Source of the DNA: Candidatus Gastranaerophilales bacterium
Lineage (GTDB): Bacteria; Cyanobacteriota; Vampirovibrionia; Gastranaerophilales; Gastranaerophilaceae
Assembly: GCA_944325075.1 (NCBI GenBank)
Contig: CALUYU010000002.1
Span: 6,970 to 70,969, forward strand
DNA: 64,000 nt
Reading direction: 5' to 3'
The translations under genes and the position numbers were made by a program. Below the pieces are notes generated by a model that searched no databases, had not been told where the DNA came from, and worked only from the letters and a program-made list of their open reading frames with translations. Of the stretch, positions 53,071 to 61,721 are shown in pieces. Within the stretch, counting starts at the first letter, position 1; each line of letters opens with the position of its first letter.

Positions 53071-54537
53071 CTATTTATTGAGTTTAATGTATTTAGAACT
53101 TGATATTAAGTTAGAATTTTCGACCTCTTTTTTGTGAAGGGCTATAATTTCCTCATTAAGGGCACTTAAATTTTTATCACGATAAAATATACCTGCCCGC
53201 GTTTTTAATAGCCCTAAATCGTATTCTGAAAGCTCATGTTTTATTAGTGCTTCGTTTTTTACCGCAATAGTTCCTGTAAATTTATCGGCAGAAGGATTAT
53301 AAATTTTTCCGACATAAAAACCGGCATTGAGAAACGCATTACGAACAGCGGCAGAGTTTGAGTAAGTTAAAATCATTCCATTTGGCTCAAGATGGTTATA
53401 AAGGAGCTTAAAAAAATCAACTGTCCACAAGCAGGGGCATTTTGCGGCAGTAAATGCATCTAAAAATATATAATCATACATATTTTTATCTTCTGATATC
53501 TCTTTCCTTGCATCATTAATTTTTAGCTCAAAATTAATATCCATATTTTTAAGGCATTTCAGTTCGCTTTTATAACGATTTGATAGGTAATTATAATATA
53601 TATTATGTAAGAATGGATAAAAAACGCTTAAAGGGGTATTCTTACCCCTTGATAATCTATAAAATTTGTATAAACGGCAAATATGGGGATTAAAATATTG
53701 CCTGAATTCTTTATTATTCAGAATGCAAATTAAATCATCATTATCTGCAATTTCCGGGTGTGAGGCAATTATTTCATTATATAAAAATAAGTTTAAGGCC
53801 GCCGGATAGTTAATTAGTTCTTTGATATTATATTTTAAATTTTGATTTTTGTGATTGGGAGAATTTTCGTTTGAACCACTTTTTCCCTCCGAATTTAAAA
53901 GTTTTAGTATTTTTTCATTAGAAAACGGAATTTTATAATTTTTTGGAATTTTTTTTCTTCTATTTTCAATAAAAGGAGAAAGCCAGGCAAGTATTTTATC
54001 TGTATCAATTGCCTTAATGTAAATTGCACTTTGTTTATTTTGTGTATGTGTTTGTAATTCTTCGGTATTGGTGCTTATTTTATCATTATATATCTGATAG
54101 TTATATTTTTGCTTACTTTGGATATTCTTTTCGTTTGAAATATTATCAATATATATCTTGTCGGTATATTCTTTCAAAATATTATTATCATTATCTAGCG
54201 TCTCGTTATATTTTTTATAGTTAATGTTATCGTTATCTATCTTCTCGCTATATAGTGATAATATTTTTCTTTTATTAGAACATTTTTTCAAATATTTTTT
54301 TTTATTTTTAAAAATAAAATTTATAAAACTTTTTGAATTATAACCGATGCCAAAACAAATATCCAGAACTTTTATTTTGGGATTATAAAGCAAGAACTTA
54401 TCAATCTCAGCCGGAAAAATAAACTTTTCATAAGCCTCTGTTGCAGCTCCATATGTTGAATGGTAAATATCATCATCAGAAGGGCTAAACAGCCCTACAG
54501 AGCCATCCTTAGTAAAATATGGGTAGAGTTTATACAT
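53071..54537 (-). CDS. MnmC-type (DUF752) SAM-dependent tRNA methyltransferase domain protein with a large low-complexity insertion
   Basis: VLDICFGIGYN (motif I) and DYIFLDAFTAAKCPCLWTVDFF (compare DAxFLDGFAPxKNPxxW of the MnmC methyltransferase domain). They are separated by about 290 aa that are rich in N/K/Y/I. Confidence 0.65.
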   Translation of the reverse strand: MYKLYPYFTKDGSVGLFSPSDDDIYHSTYGAATEAYEKFIFPAEIDKFLLYNPKIKVLDICFGIGYNSKSFINFIFKNKKKYLKKCSNKRKILSLYSEKIDNDNINYKKYNETLDNDNNILKEYTDKIYIDNISNEKNIQSKQKYNYQIYNDKISTNTEELQTHTQNKQSAIYIKAIDTDKILAWLSPFIENRRKKIPKNYKIPFSNEKILKLLNSEGKSGSNENSPNHKNQNLKYNIKELINYPAALNLFLYNEIIASHPEIADNDDLICILNNKEFRQYFNPHICRLYKFYRLSRGKNTPLSVFYPFLHNIYYNYLSNRYKSELKCLKNMDINFELKINDARKEISEDKNMYDYIFLDAFTAAKCPCLWTVDFFKLLYNHLEPNGMILTYSNSAAVRNAFLNAGFYVGKIYNPSADKFTGTIAVKNEALIKHELSEYDLGLLKTRAGIFYRDKNLSALNEEIIALHKKEVENSNLISSSKYIKLNK

Positions 54538-54587
54538 ATTATATATCCTTTAGATAGACTAATAGTAATTATAAACTATAAACTTTG

Positions 54588-55532
54588 TTAGACAACACCT
54601 ATAACCTTTGCGCCGTTTTGTTCAACCGGGAAAGTATATAACTGTGTACTGATATTTAACTCATTCCAAGTTTCTTTTACTATTGTTTTTACCTTGTCCA
54701 GGTTATTTTTCTTTGATATAACAAGTATTGCAGGACCAGCCCCACTCAATACACACCCTAAAACACTTTCTTCGTGTTTCAAATTCTCTGAAATCTTTTC
54801 CAACCCCGGCACAAGTTTCATTCTGTAAGGCTGATGAAGTTTATCTTTCAGCGCAAGTTTCATAAGTTCTTCGTCTTTTGTGTGAACTGCGTGTACAAAC
54901 ATTCCCATTCTTTGAGCATTGAACACGGCATCCTGGAGTGGAACCTCTTTAGGCAGAACAGATCTTGATATTTCAGTTGCAAGCTCGTATTCAGGCACGC
55001 AAACAGTAATGAGCCATTCATCAGGCCATTCAAGTTTTCTATAAACAATGCCGCCGTCTTCTTCATAGGATGATATAACCAAACCACCGACAATTGCAGG
55101 GGTAACATTATCCGGATGCCCTTCAACTTCTGTCGCTATAGACAATAAAGCAGCCTCATCAGCAGGTCTTCCAAGAAGTTCATTTGCAGCAATAAGCCCA
55201 CCCACAATTACTGACGCGCTGCTACCAAGGCCGCGCGCAATTGGTATTTCCGAATGAATTGTAATTTTTAATTCAGTAGGAGTTTGGCCTATTGAATTAT
55301 AAAGAAGTTCAACAGCCTTATAAACAATGCTATTTTCATCCATAGGAATATGTTCTAGAGAAAATTCATCCGTAATATCTTCATTGGCAAGAACATTTAT
55401 CTCAACACCCGTTCCCGGCAGCACAGTTTCTTCAATTGTAATTGTATTATATAGTGGCAGAGCCATTCCCAGACAATCAAATCCGGGCCCAATATTCGCT
55501 GTTGTAGCCGGAACCTTAACGCTGACTTTCAT
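54588..55532 (-). CDS. thrB: Homoserine kinase
   Basis: KVSVKVPATTANIGPGFDCLG and GLGSSAS. ATG 55532 preferred over the track's TTG 55541. Confidence 0.95.
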   Translation of the reverse strand: MKVSVKVPATTANIGPGFDCLGMALPLYNTITIEETVLPGTGVEINVLANEDITDEFSLEHIPMDENSIVYKAVELLYNSIGQTPTELKITIHSEIPIARGLGSSASVIVGGLIAANELLGRPADEAALLSIATEVEGHPDNVTPAIVGGLVISSYEEDGGIVYRKLEWPDEWLITVCVPEYELATEISRSVLPKEVPLQDAVFNAQRMGMFVHAVHTKDEELMKLALKDKLHQPYRMKLVPGLEKISENLKHEESVLGCVLSGAGPAILVISKKNNLDKVKTIVKETWNELNISTQLYTFPVEQNGAKVIGVV

Positions 55533-55620
55533 ATCAATCAAACCTCTTTCTTTCTTATGCTATTATAACACAAACAATATTTTGGCAACTATCTCAAATC
55601 ATACATAACTTCATAAACGT

Positions 55621-55647
55621 AAAGCAGCAAATATTTATTGCTGCTTT
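55621..55647 (-). terminator. Hairpin terminator after the 55676-56173 gene
   Basis: AAAGCAGCAA-atattta-TTGCTGCTTT. Confidence 0.65.
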
Positions 55648-55675
55648 ATTGTTTATTATTTATCAGGATTATTTA

Positions 55676-56173
55676 TTAATTGCCAACAAAGTCCTTAATT
55701 GCTTCCTGGCCTTCTTTTCCGTAATTTTCTTTCATTTGCTGCCAGAATGTAAGTTGTTGATCTACCATTACTAATTCAGTTCGAATATCTTCTTCCTCAT
55801 CTTTAAGAGGTTCAAGATATTGTTCGTATAAGTCTTCAAAGTACTGATCCATTGCTGATTTACTGTATTGATAACTCATTCTGTTGTTAAATATGCTGTT
55901 TTGGTAATCATTATATTTTGCCTGATCGCTTATTTTGCCATCGCTATCATACAATCCCTGAATGCTGCTGTTAAGCATTGAATTTTGAATTTGATAATTA
56001 TATTGTAAGCCTTGCTCTGATCTCCTCTTTTGCATATTAACAGCTTTTTGGGCATTTCCCATATTTCTTTGAACACGTGCCGCCTTCAACTGCAGATTCA
56101 TTTTTTTATGCTGCAGCTGAAGGGTCATGCGTATCGCATAAGTATTCATATAGTTTGAGGTAAGTATACCCAT
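55676..56173 (-). CDS. Hypothetical helical protein, possible distant member of the conserved-termini family
   Basis: ATG 56173 behind SD GAAGGA gives MGILTSNYMN.... The C-terminal LKDEEEDIRTELVMVDQQL...AIKDF loosely parallels KDKQYDLELKNIDTEH...ERNYKMF. 166 aa. Confidence 0.55.
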   Translation of the reverse strand: MGILTSNYMNTYAIRMTLQLQHKKMNLQLKAARVQRNMGNAQKAVNMQKRRSEQGLQYNYQIQNSMLNSSIQGLYDSDGKISDQAKYNDYQNSIFNNRMSYQYSKSAMDQYFEDLYEQYLEPLKDEEEDIRTELVMVDQQLTFWQQMKENYGKEGQEAIKDFVGN

Positions 56174-56256
56174 ATGATTATCCTTCGTGTTCTTTTTTCT
56201 CTTAAATATATAAAGTATATATAGCAAGCAAAATTGCCTTTTTATAAGAAAAAAAG

Positions 56257-56274
56257 TTTACAAATGTTAACATT
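56257..56274. promoter_or_regulatory. Second copy of the 18-nt element TTTACAAATGTTAACATT
   Basis: Identical to the reverse complement of 40112-40129. Lies 83 nt upstream of ATG 56173, in the same orientation relative to that gene as the first copy has to the gene at 40205. Confidence 0.5.
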
Positions 56275-56328
56275 AAAAATTAACATTAAAATGTAATGAA
56301 AACGGCAAATAAAAATTGTTTTTAGGAT

Positions 56329-58113
56329 TTAGGCGCCAACCTGGTTTCGGCCGTTATTTTTAGCATGATAGAGTCTTACATCCGCGGCCTCAATAAGCTC
56401 CTCTGCTGTGATTCCATCCTGAGGGAAAGTAGACGCCCCAAGACTGATTGTAACAGTAGTCTCCTTACCGTTAGGAAGTTTGAAATTTTTCGACGAAACC
56501 CTTTCACAGATTTTTTTTGCAGTTGATAATGCGGTTTCATAATCTGTTTTAGCAAGAATAATACTCATTTCTTCACCGCCATAGCGGCATGCAATATCAG
56601 TCGTACGTACATTTTTCTTAAGAGTCTGCGCAACCTGCCTAAGCACTGCATCTCCGGCCTGGTGTCCAAAAGTATCATTAAATTTTTTGAAGAAATCAAT
56701 ATCCAGTATAATTAAGGAAAAAGGAACTTCGTAACGCTTGGAGGCCTCAACCATCATTCTCATTTGTTCCTGAAAATATCTGTGATTATAAAGTTCAGTT
56801 AATCCGTCAGTGGTCGCAAGAACATACTGCTGCTCAAAATCCCTGGACTTAATAAGATATTTTATAATATATGCAGCAATAAATGTTGCAATTGCAAGCA
56901 ATAGCGGATAAACAATGTCTATCCATACGTTAAAGTATTTCATAGCATAATATGTTGCAAATACATAAAGCATATAAACTGAAAATGCCGCCAAAGACCC
57001 TACAAAAGCAGAACTTTCATTCATAACTATAAGAACTGTTATTAAAGCCAAAAGAACACCAAGTTGAACAGTAAATGAGCGATCAAATTTTCTGATAAAA
57101 TTGTCGTCAATAATATTGTTTACATAGGTGGCCTGAACCTCAACACCCGGGTATGTCCTGCTTACCGGAACAGTTTTTATATCAAATAAACTTGCAGCAG
57201 TAGTTCCAAAGTATATAATTTTCCCATCTAAATCCAGGTTCTGATCTTCTTTTTCACCGTTAATAATTTGAATAATTTTATAAATAGGGATATATCTGTA
57301 ACTTTGATTAGTCCCGTACCAATTAAGTATTACACTGGCATCATCGTCAAGATAGACCTTTCTGCGGCCAAGTAAAAGATTTGACCTTGTGTCAATTTCA
57401 AAATCTTTGCCAGCAAATTGTTTATGTGCTTTCAGATAATGAAGACCGACGGCCATGCCAAGCTGTGGATAATATTTGCCCTGATATTTCAAAAACACCG
57501 GCATTTTTCTAAGTATTCCGTCTTCAGCACGTGTAACGTTTATTAATCCTACATTCCCGGTAGAGTTCAATAATTCTTCTAGAATAGTTCTGCAGTTAGA
57601 GTATGTCTGACCGGTAAAATCAACTAACGGAGATTTATTATAAACATTAACACTTAAATTTTTAGGTAATATAGGCGGCTTTCTTATTGATTTGTCCTGA
57701 TTGTCGAAATTCATTGATACAAAAACATTATCATATTTTTTGACAATATCAACAAGTGCTTTATCAGCCTTTGGATTACTTTTCATTGACTTGACAAACA
57801 TCAGGTCAAAAGCGATACTTTGCGGATTATATTTTTCGAGATAATCGACAAGTTTAACATAAATTTCTCTTGGCATTGGCCATTCACCGTACCTGTCAAG
57901 AATATACTCATAAGAAGCATCGTCTATTGCAACTATAACAATATCTTCACTTGGTTCTTTTGTATTTTCTTTAATCAATATATTCTGGCGTATGTCAAAG
58001 GTTCTATTTTCAATCATTGCCAGAAAATTTCTGAAATTAGTATTTTTGACACTCACAAAAATACCTAGCAAAAACAAAAATAACCATAACGCGTATAAGA
58101 ATTTTTTAATCAT
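56329..58113 (-). CDS. CHASE2-sensor diguanylate cyclase (GGDEF)
   Basis: N-terminal TM plus a CHASE2 pattern (VAIDD..WPMPR), three TMs, then GGDEF with active site RYGGEEM and the I-site RTTD five residues upstream. Confidence 0.9.
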   Translation of the reverse strand: MIKKFLYALWLFLFLLGIFVSVKNTNFRNFLAMIENRTFDIRQNILIKENTKEPSEDIVIVAIDDASYEYILDRYGEWPMPREIYVKLVDYLEKYNPQSIAFDLMFVKSMKSNPKADKALVDIVKKYDNVFVSMNFDNQDKSIRKPPILPKNLSVNVYNKSPLVDFTGQTYSNCRTILEELLNSTGNVGLINVTRAEDGILRKMPVFLKYQGKYYPQLGMAVGLHYLKAHKQFAGKDFEIDTRSNLLLGRRKVYLDDDASVILNWYGTNQSYRYIPIYKIIQIINGEKEDQNLDLDGKIIYFGTTAASLFDIKTVPVSRTYPGVEVQATYVNNIIDDNFIRKFDRSFTVQLGVLLALITVLIVMNESSAFVGSLAAFSVYMLYVFATYYAMKYFNVWIDIVYPLLLAIATFIAAYIIKYLIKSRDFEQQYVLATTDGLTELYNHRYFQEQMRMMVEASKRYEVPFSLIILDIDFFKKFNDTFGHQAGDAVLRQVAQTLKKNVRTTDIACRYGGEEMSIILAKTDYETALSTAKKICERVSSKNFKLPNGKETTVTISLGASTFPQDGITAEELIEAADVRLYHAKNNGRNQVGA

Positions 58114-58117
58114 GCAC

Positions 58118-58291
58118 TTAACCCAAATCTACATTATTAGTATAATGTATTCGGGTCGATTTGGCAACAAAATTTTTTACAAGAAAACGCTTTTCCAATA
58201 TGAAATTATTTAACTTAAGGATTTCGGTTGAATATGACAACTCATCGGGATTTTTAAGATAACGCAAAAGACATTGTTCGTGTAAATTCAT
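58118..58291 (-). CDS. Candidate small protein (57 aa) immediately upstream of the diguanylate cyclase
   Basis: SD AGGTGG 6 nt before ATG 58291. The stop lies 4 nt before the cyclase ATG. Translation begins MNLHEQCLLRYLKNPDELSYSTEILKL.... Confidence 0.35.
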   Translation of the reverse strand: MNLHEQCLLRYLKNPDELSYSTEILKLNNFILEKRFLVKNFVAKSTRIHYTNNVDLG

Positions 58292-58435
58292 TTGTAACCA
58301 CCTGTAAATAAAAAAATATAACGCCCTCAGGCACATTATTATTATGTAAAAATATACATTAATTTACATCAACTGATTATATAGTTTTAAATTTTATTTT
58401 TACTTCAAATGATGTATAGTATTAAATATTTTAAG

Positions 58436-59710
58436 CTATAATTTTGACTTGGAAGATAAAACGAGGGCGTTGGAGATTGCAATACCGCCTTTAAATGCAG
58501 GCTTATTAACTACCTGCCCGCCAACATACATTACGGTTGAACCTCCACCGTCCAAATTTATTGCATCTGTGCAGCCAAGAGATTTCATAAAGTTAGCCAG
58601 CTGCATCAGCGTCATTCCGACAGAACTACCTTCCCGGCCGTCAACTGCTACCATAATGAAAATATCATCGGCAGTGTATCCTATTGCTGTTCTTGGATTT
58701 TTACCTCCAATTGCTCCTAATTTCTGAGCTGTCATATCAACAAATACTTCTGAATTTTTTACAAGATAAGGACCTCCGCTTATTATGTGGCGAACATTTT
58801 TCCACTCCGGCGATGTATTAAGTGTTATTTTTATCTTTTTTGCATTCAAAAATGGCTTCAAAACACTGAGGGGGGCAGAAATTACATACCCCCCGTCAGG
58901 AATAGCCAGAGGATTATATGATGCAGAAATAATTTTATTATCTTTAATTGCCAATTGATAGCCGTATTTTGGTGTTGCGGGAGAGTTCTTTCCCCACTCC
59001 GGAGTATAAATAATCGTGTGGGTTGATAGCATGCGCGGTTGGTTAATATTATCAACTTTTAAAGTTTTTCCATTTGCGCGAATCTCTCCATTCATTTGTA
59101 AACGGGCAGTTTTAAATCCGTCGTCAAATATTCCCATTGCAACCCGGTCATAAACCGGCCCGGTATAAATTTTTCTGTCTATCATTAATGTTCCAAGAGG
59201 CACACCGGTTTGCGGCTTAAAGTATGTTCCGTTTATTGCGGCTATCGAATTTGTGTTTTTAGCTATTGTTGTAATTGTGCGCTTACTGTTTAAATTGTTT
59301 GAAGTTGAGGACAACGCAGGTTTTATCTCAAAATCGTCTGCAAGTTTCCTCTCAATTTCAACAACATTTATTCTTACAGGTTTGCCATCGTAATACTTTA
59401 CAAGACGTATATGCTTTACACCTTTTGCAACATCTTTTATTACAGCTTTTGGATATTTTTCCTTAACACGGCTATTAAAATTGGCAGCACGAATTTCCGG
59501 AGAAATTTCTTTTTCAATTTCCACTACAGTATTTTTAACCGGAACATTTAGCACCGGATTGCTTATTTTTGCAAGTGTCATATCATTAGCCAGTATAGGC
59601 GGATAAAAAAATAACGGCTGAAGCAATACAAACGTACCCAGCAGGGCAATATTTACTGCCAGCGAATTGTTCTGCCTGGTATTCCCAGCATAATAATCAA
59701 GAGTATCCAT
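58436..59710 (-). CDS. Phosphodiester glycosidase family protein (DUF2233/NAGPA-like)
   Basis: AINGTYF, RTAIGYT...VAVDGR and AINLDGGGS. N-terminal TM. Confidence 0.8.
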   Translation of the reverse strand: MDTLDYYAGNTRQNNSLAVNIALLGTFVLLQPLFFYPPILANDMTLAKISNPVLNVPVKNTVVEIEKEISPEIRAANFNSRVKEKYPKAVIKDVAKGVKHIRLVKYYDGKPVRINVVEIERKLADDFEIKPALSSTSNNLNSKRTITTIAKNTNSIAAINGTYFKPQTGVPLGTLMIDRKIYTGPVYDRVAMGIFDDGFKTARLQMNGEIRANGKTLKVDNINQPRMLSTHTIIYTPEWGKNSPATPKYGYQLAIKDNKIISASYNPLAIPDGGYVISAPLSVLKPFLNAKKIKITLNTSPEWKNVRHIISGGPYLVKNSEVFVDMTAQKLGAIGGKNPRTAIGYTADDIFIMVAVDGREGSSVGMTLMQLANFMKSLGCTDAINLDGGGSTVMYVGGQVVNKPAFKGGIAISNALVLSSKSKL

Positions 59711-59823
59711 GATGTCACCTCTATTGTGTTAAAGTAACCGGATACCTTTTTTATTTAAGAGTGGGGTGGGGAATAACACTCATCGGAAACCTGATAACCA
59801 TTTTCAGGACCTTCCTACTACTA

Positions 59824-59842
59824 TTGTAACATAATGTTACAA
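59824..59842. promoter_or_regulatory. Perfect 19-bp palindrome TTGTAACAT-A-ATGTTACAA in a divergent intergenic region
   Basis: Checked by hand. Lies between the genes starting at 59710 (-) and 59968 (+). Confidence 0.5.
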
Positions 59843-59955
59843 AGACTTCAAGTCCTTTAATACCAATGGTTTTACAAAACTAAATATAGTATTTTTGACA
59901 CTTCTTCGGTCTTTTGGGCAAAATTTACAATTATATTTCCTGAACTTATTTGTAA

Positions 59956-59961
59956 TATAAT
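59956..59961 (+). promoter_or_regulatory. -10 TATAAT 6 nt before ATG 59968 (candidate leaderless promoter)
   Basis: TATAAT-tttttt-ATG with no SD. Confidence 0.45.
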
Positions 59962-59967
59962 TTTTTT

Positions 59968-60744
59968 ATGGGAAAAGAAAAATTTGATATAGTATACTCA
60001 TTAGGCCAAGACTGTGCGTGTGCGCAATATTTAATAAAATTTGGTCTGAGAATTTGCGCGGGCCCGTTTGACTGGCTTACCGGATCGGATTTTGAAACCA
60101 GAATGAATCTAATTCTTAATGATTTTGATGAATTTTTCGAGAAAGAAGATATTAAGCTTCTTGCGCTTTCAAAAGATAAAACAATGAATTATAGAACGGA
60201 CGATTATCATAATTCAAGGATTGGTTTTGATTACTATCATGACTTCAGAGCCGGCATACCTTTTGATGAGGAATTTCTAAATGTAAAGAAAAAATATGCA
60301 AGGCGAACTTCAAGATTTATCAACAATATTAAGACAAAAAATAAGATTCTCTTAGTATACCATGCTCATTTAAACTTAATTCCCGACGAGGTATACATAG
60401 AATACCACAGTAAGCTTCAAGACAGATTTAAAAAAGAAATTTCTCTTGTAATTATTGAGAACGATTTTAACAAAACAGATGGAGAAATCGAAACTCTTAA
60501 ACTTTCACCAAATTTAACAAAATACAAATTACTAACTGAACAAAAGAATGAAGCCGGGAATTATACAAACATGGGAAATGAATACAACTGTTCTTTGATT
60601 TACTCAAAATTTTCCCTTAAAAGTAATTTGTACTCAAGTCTTTCAAGAAAAACAGCAAATTATATATTAAAATTTCTTATGCGGGTAGTACCAATCAAAA
60701 AATTTAAATGGATTATTTCAGAACACATTTTTTTTAATGAATAA
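59968..60744 (+). CDS. DUF1796-type putative papain-like cysteine peptidase
   Basis: YSLGQDCACAQYLIKFGLRICAGPFDWL matches the family N-terminal block (SLG..C..A..L....R....PFDW) as I remember it. Confidence 0.65.
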   Translation: MGKEKFDIVYSLGQDCACAQYLIKFGLRICAGPFDWLTGSDFETRMNLILNDFDEFFEKEDIKLLALSKDKTMNYRTDDYHNSRIGFDYYHDFRAGIPFDEEFLNVKKKYARRTSRFINNIKTKNKILLVYHAHLNLIPDEVYIEYHSKLQDRFKKEISLVIIENDFNKTDGEIETLKLSPNLTKYKLLTEQKNEAGNYTNMGNEYNCSLIYSKFSLKSNLYSSLSRKTANYILKFLMRVVPIKKFKWIISEHIFFNE

Positions 60745-61714
60745 TATTAAAGTGTCTTAAAAAGTTAATTAGAGAATAATCCTTTGTAACAACACCGTTT
60801 TCAAGCAGAAGAGCCAATTTCTCAGGGTTATATCTTTTGTTATAATATTCTCTCAAAGTTCCATTCTTTAACTCATCAATCATTTTCTTTACATGCTCAC
60901 CATTGGCTCCCGGCATTAATTTTGATGATTCCAGGTAGTTCTTTGCTTTTTTAACATAATATGTATAGTTTCTAACCGTAAAATGATAAAGTTTAATGTC
61001 TTCAGATGGAATAACTTTTTTCCGACGCATTTGAACTACGTGATTTCCCATCTTAATTTTAATATAATCCTTTGTATTGTGAATAACCTTCTTGCAGCTG
61101 CTTTCTATCAAAAAATGGCTGTTTTCAGGCAAATTTATGTCTATGTTTAAATCTTTTGCGAGGTACTCCGGCATAAAGTTTGTTATAAAATACGGGCAGC
61201 TCAGATAATCTTCACGATCATCAGGATAAGGACAAATCGATGGCAAAATTATAACATTACCTGCCGTATATTTGAGTATACTTTTCTTCAGGTCAAAATC
61301 ACGCGAGTAGTAAAACTCATCAGCATCGGCATTTATAACCCAGTCCGCTTTATATTTGTCCCTTGCAAGTCGTATCATTTTGTCAACCCAAATATCCTGA
61401 AAATAACCATCAGATTTTAATTCAATAATTTCCAGCGGAATGTCATTTTTCAAATTTTTAAGAATATCTAATGTCCTGTCACTTGAGTTATGGACGGTTA
61501 CGATGAACCGGTCAACTCCCATTGCGTAATGAAACCTAATATTTGTCTCTATAATATCCTCTTCATCCTTAACCAAAAGAGTCATAACAAGTTTTGTTTT
61601 TGATATTTTATATTCCTTTAGTAAATTTTTAAGCTCAATTCTGTACTTTCCGCTCTTTTGAAAACATAGCGGAAACAATTTTAGTGTCTTTATTATAACC
61701 TCTTTTTTCTGCAT
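60734..61714 (-). CDS. Glycosyltransferase family 2-like protein (Glyco_tranf_2_4 type)
   Basis: LLVKDEEDIIETNIRFHYAMGVDRFIV and NADADEF. Start moved to ATG 61714, because the track start 61798 lies inside the helicase gene. Confidence 0.65.
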   Translation of the reverse strand: MQKKEVIIKTLKLFPLCFQKSGKYRIELKNLLKEYKISKTKLVMTLLVKDEEDIIETNIRFHYAMGVDRFIVTVHNSSDRTLDILKNLKNDIPLEIIELKSDGYFQDIWVDKMIRLARDKYKADWVINADADEFYYSRDFDLKKSILKYTAGNVIILPSICPYPDDREDYLSCPYFITNFMPEYLAKDLNIDINLPENSHFLIESSCKKVIHNTKDYIKIKMGNHVVQMRRKKVIPSEDIKLYHFTVRNYTYYVKKAKNYLESSKLMPGANGEHVKKMIDELKNGTLREYYNKRYNPEKLALLLENGVVTKDYSLINFLRHFNIIH

Positions 61715-61721
61715 AATCTTT

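Noticed and set aside
58870-58894. G6 ... C6 inverted repeat inside the phosphodiester glycosidase gene
   Set aside because: It is in frame and codes for DGGYVISAPL. The tracts are short and nothing suggests a switch, so it is probably coincidental.
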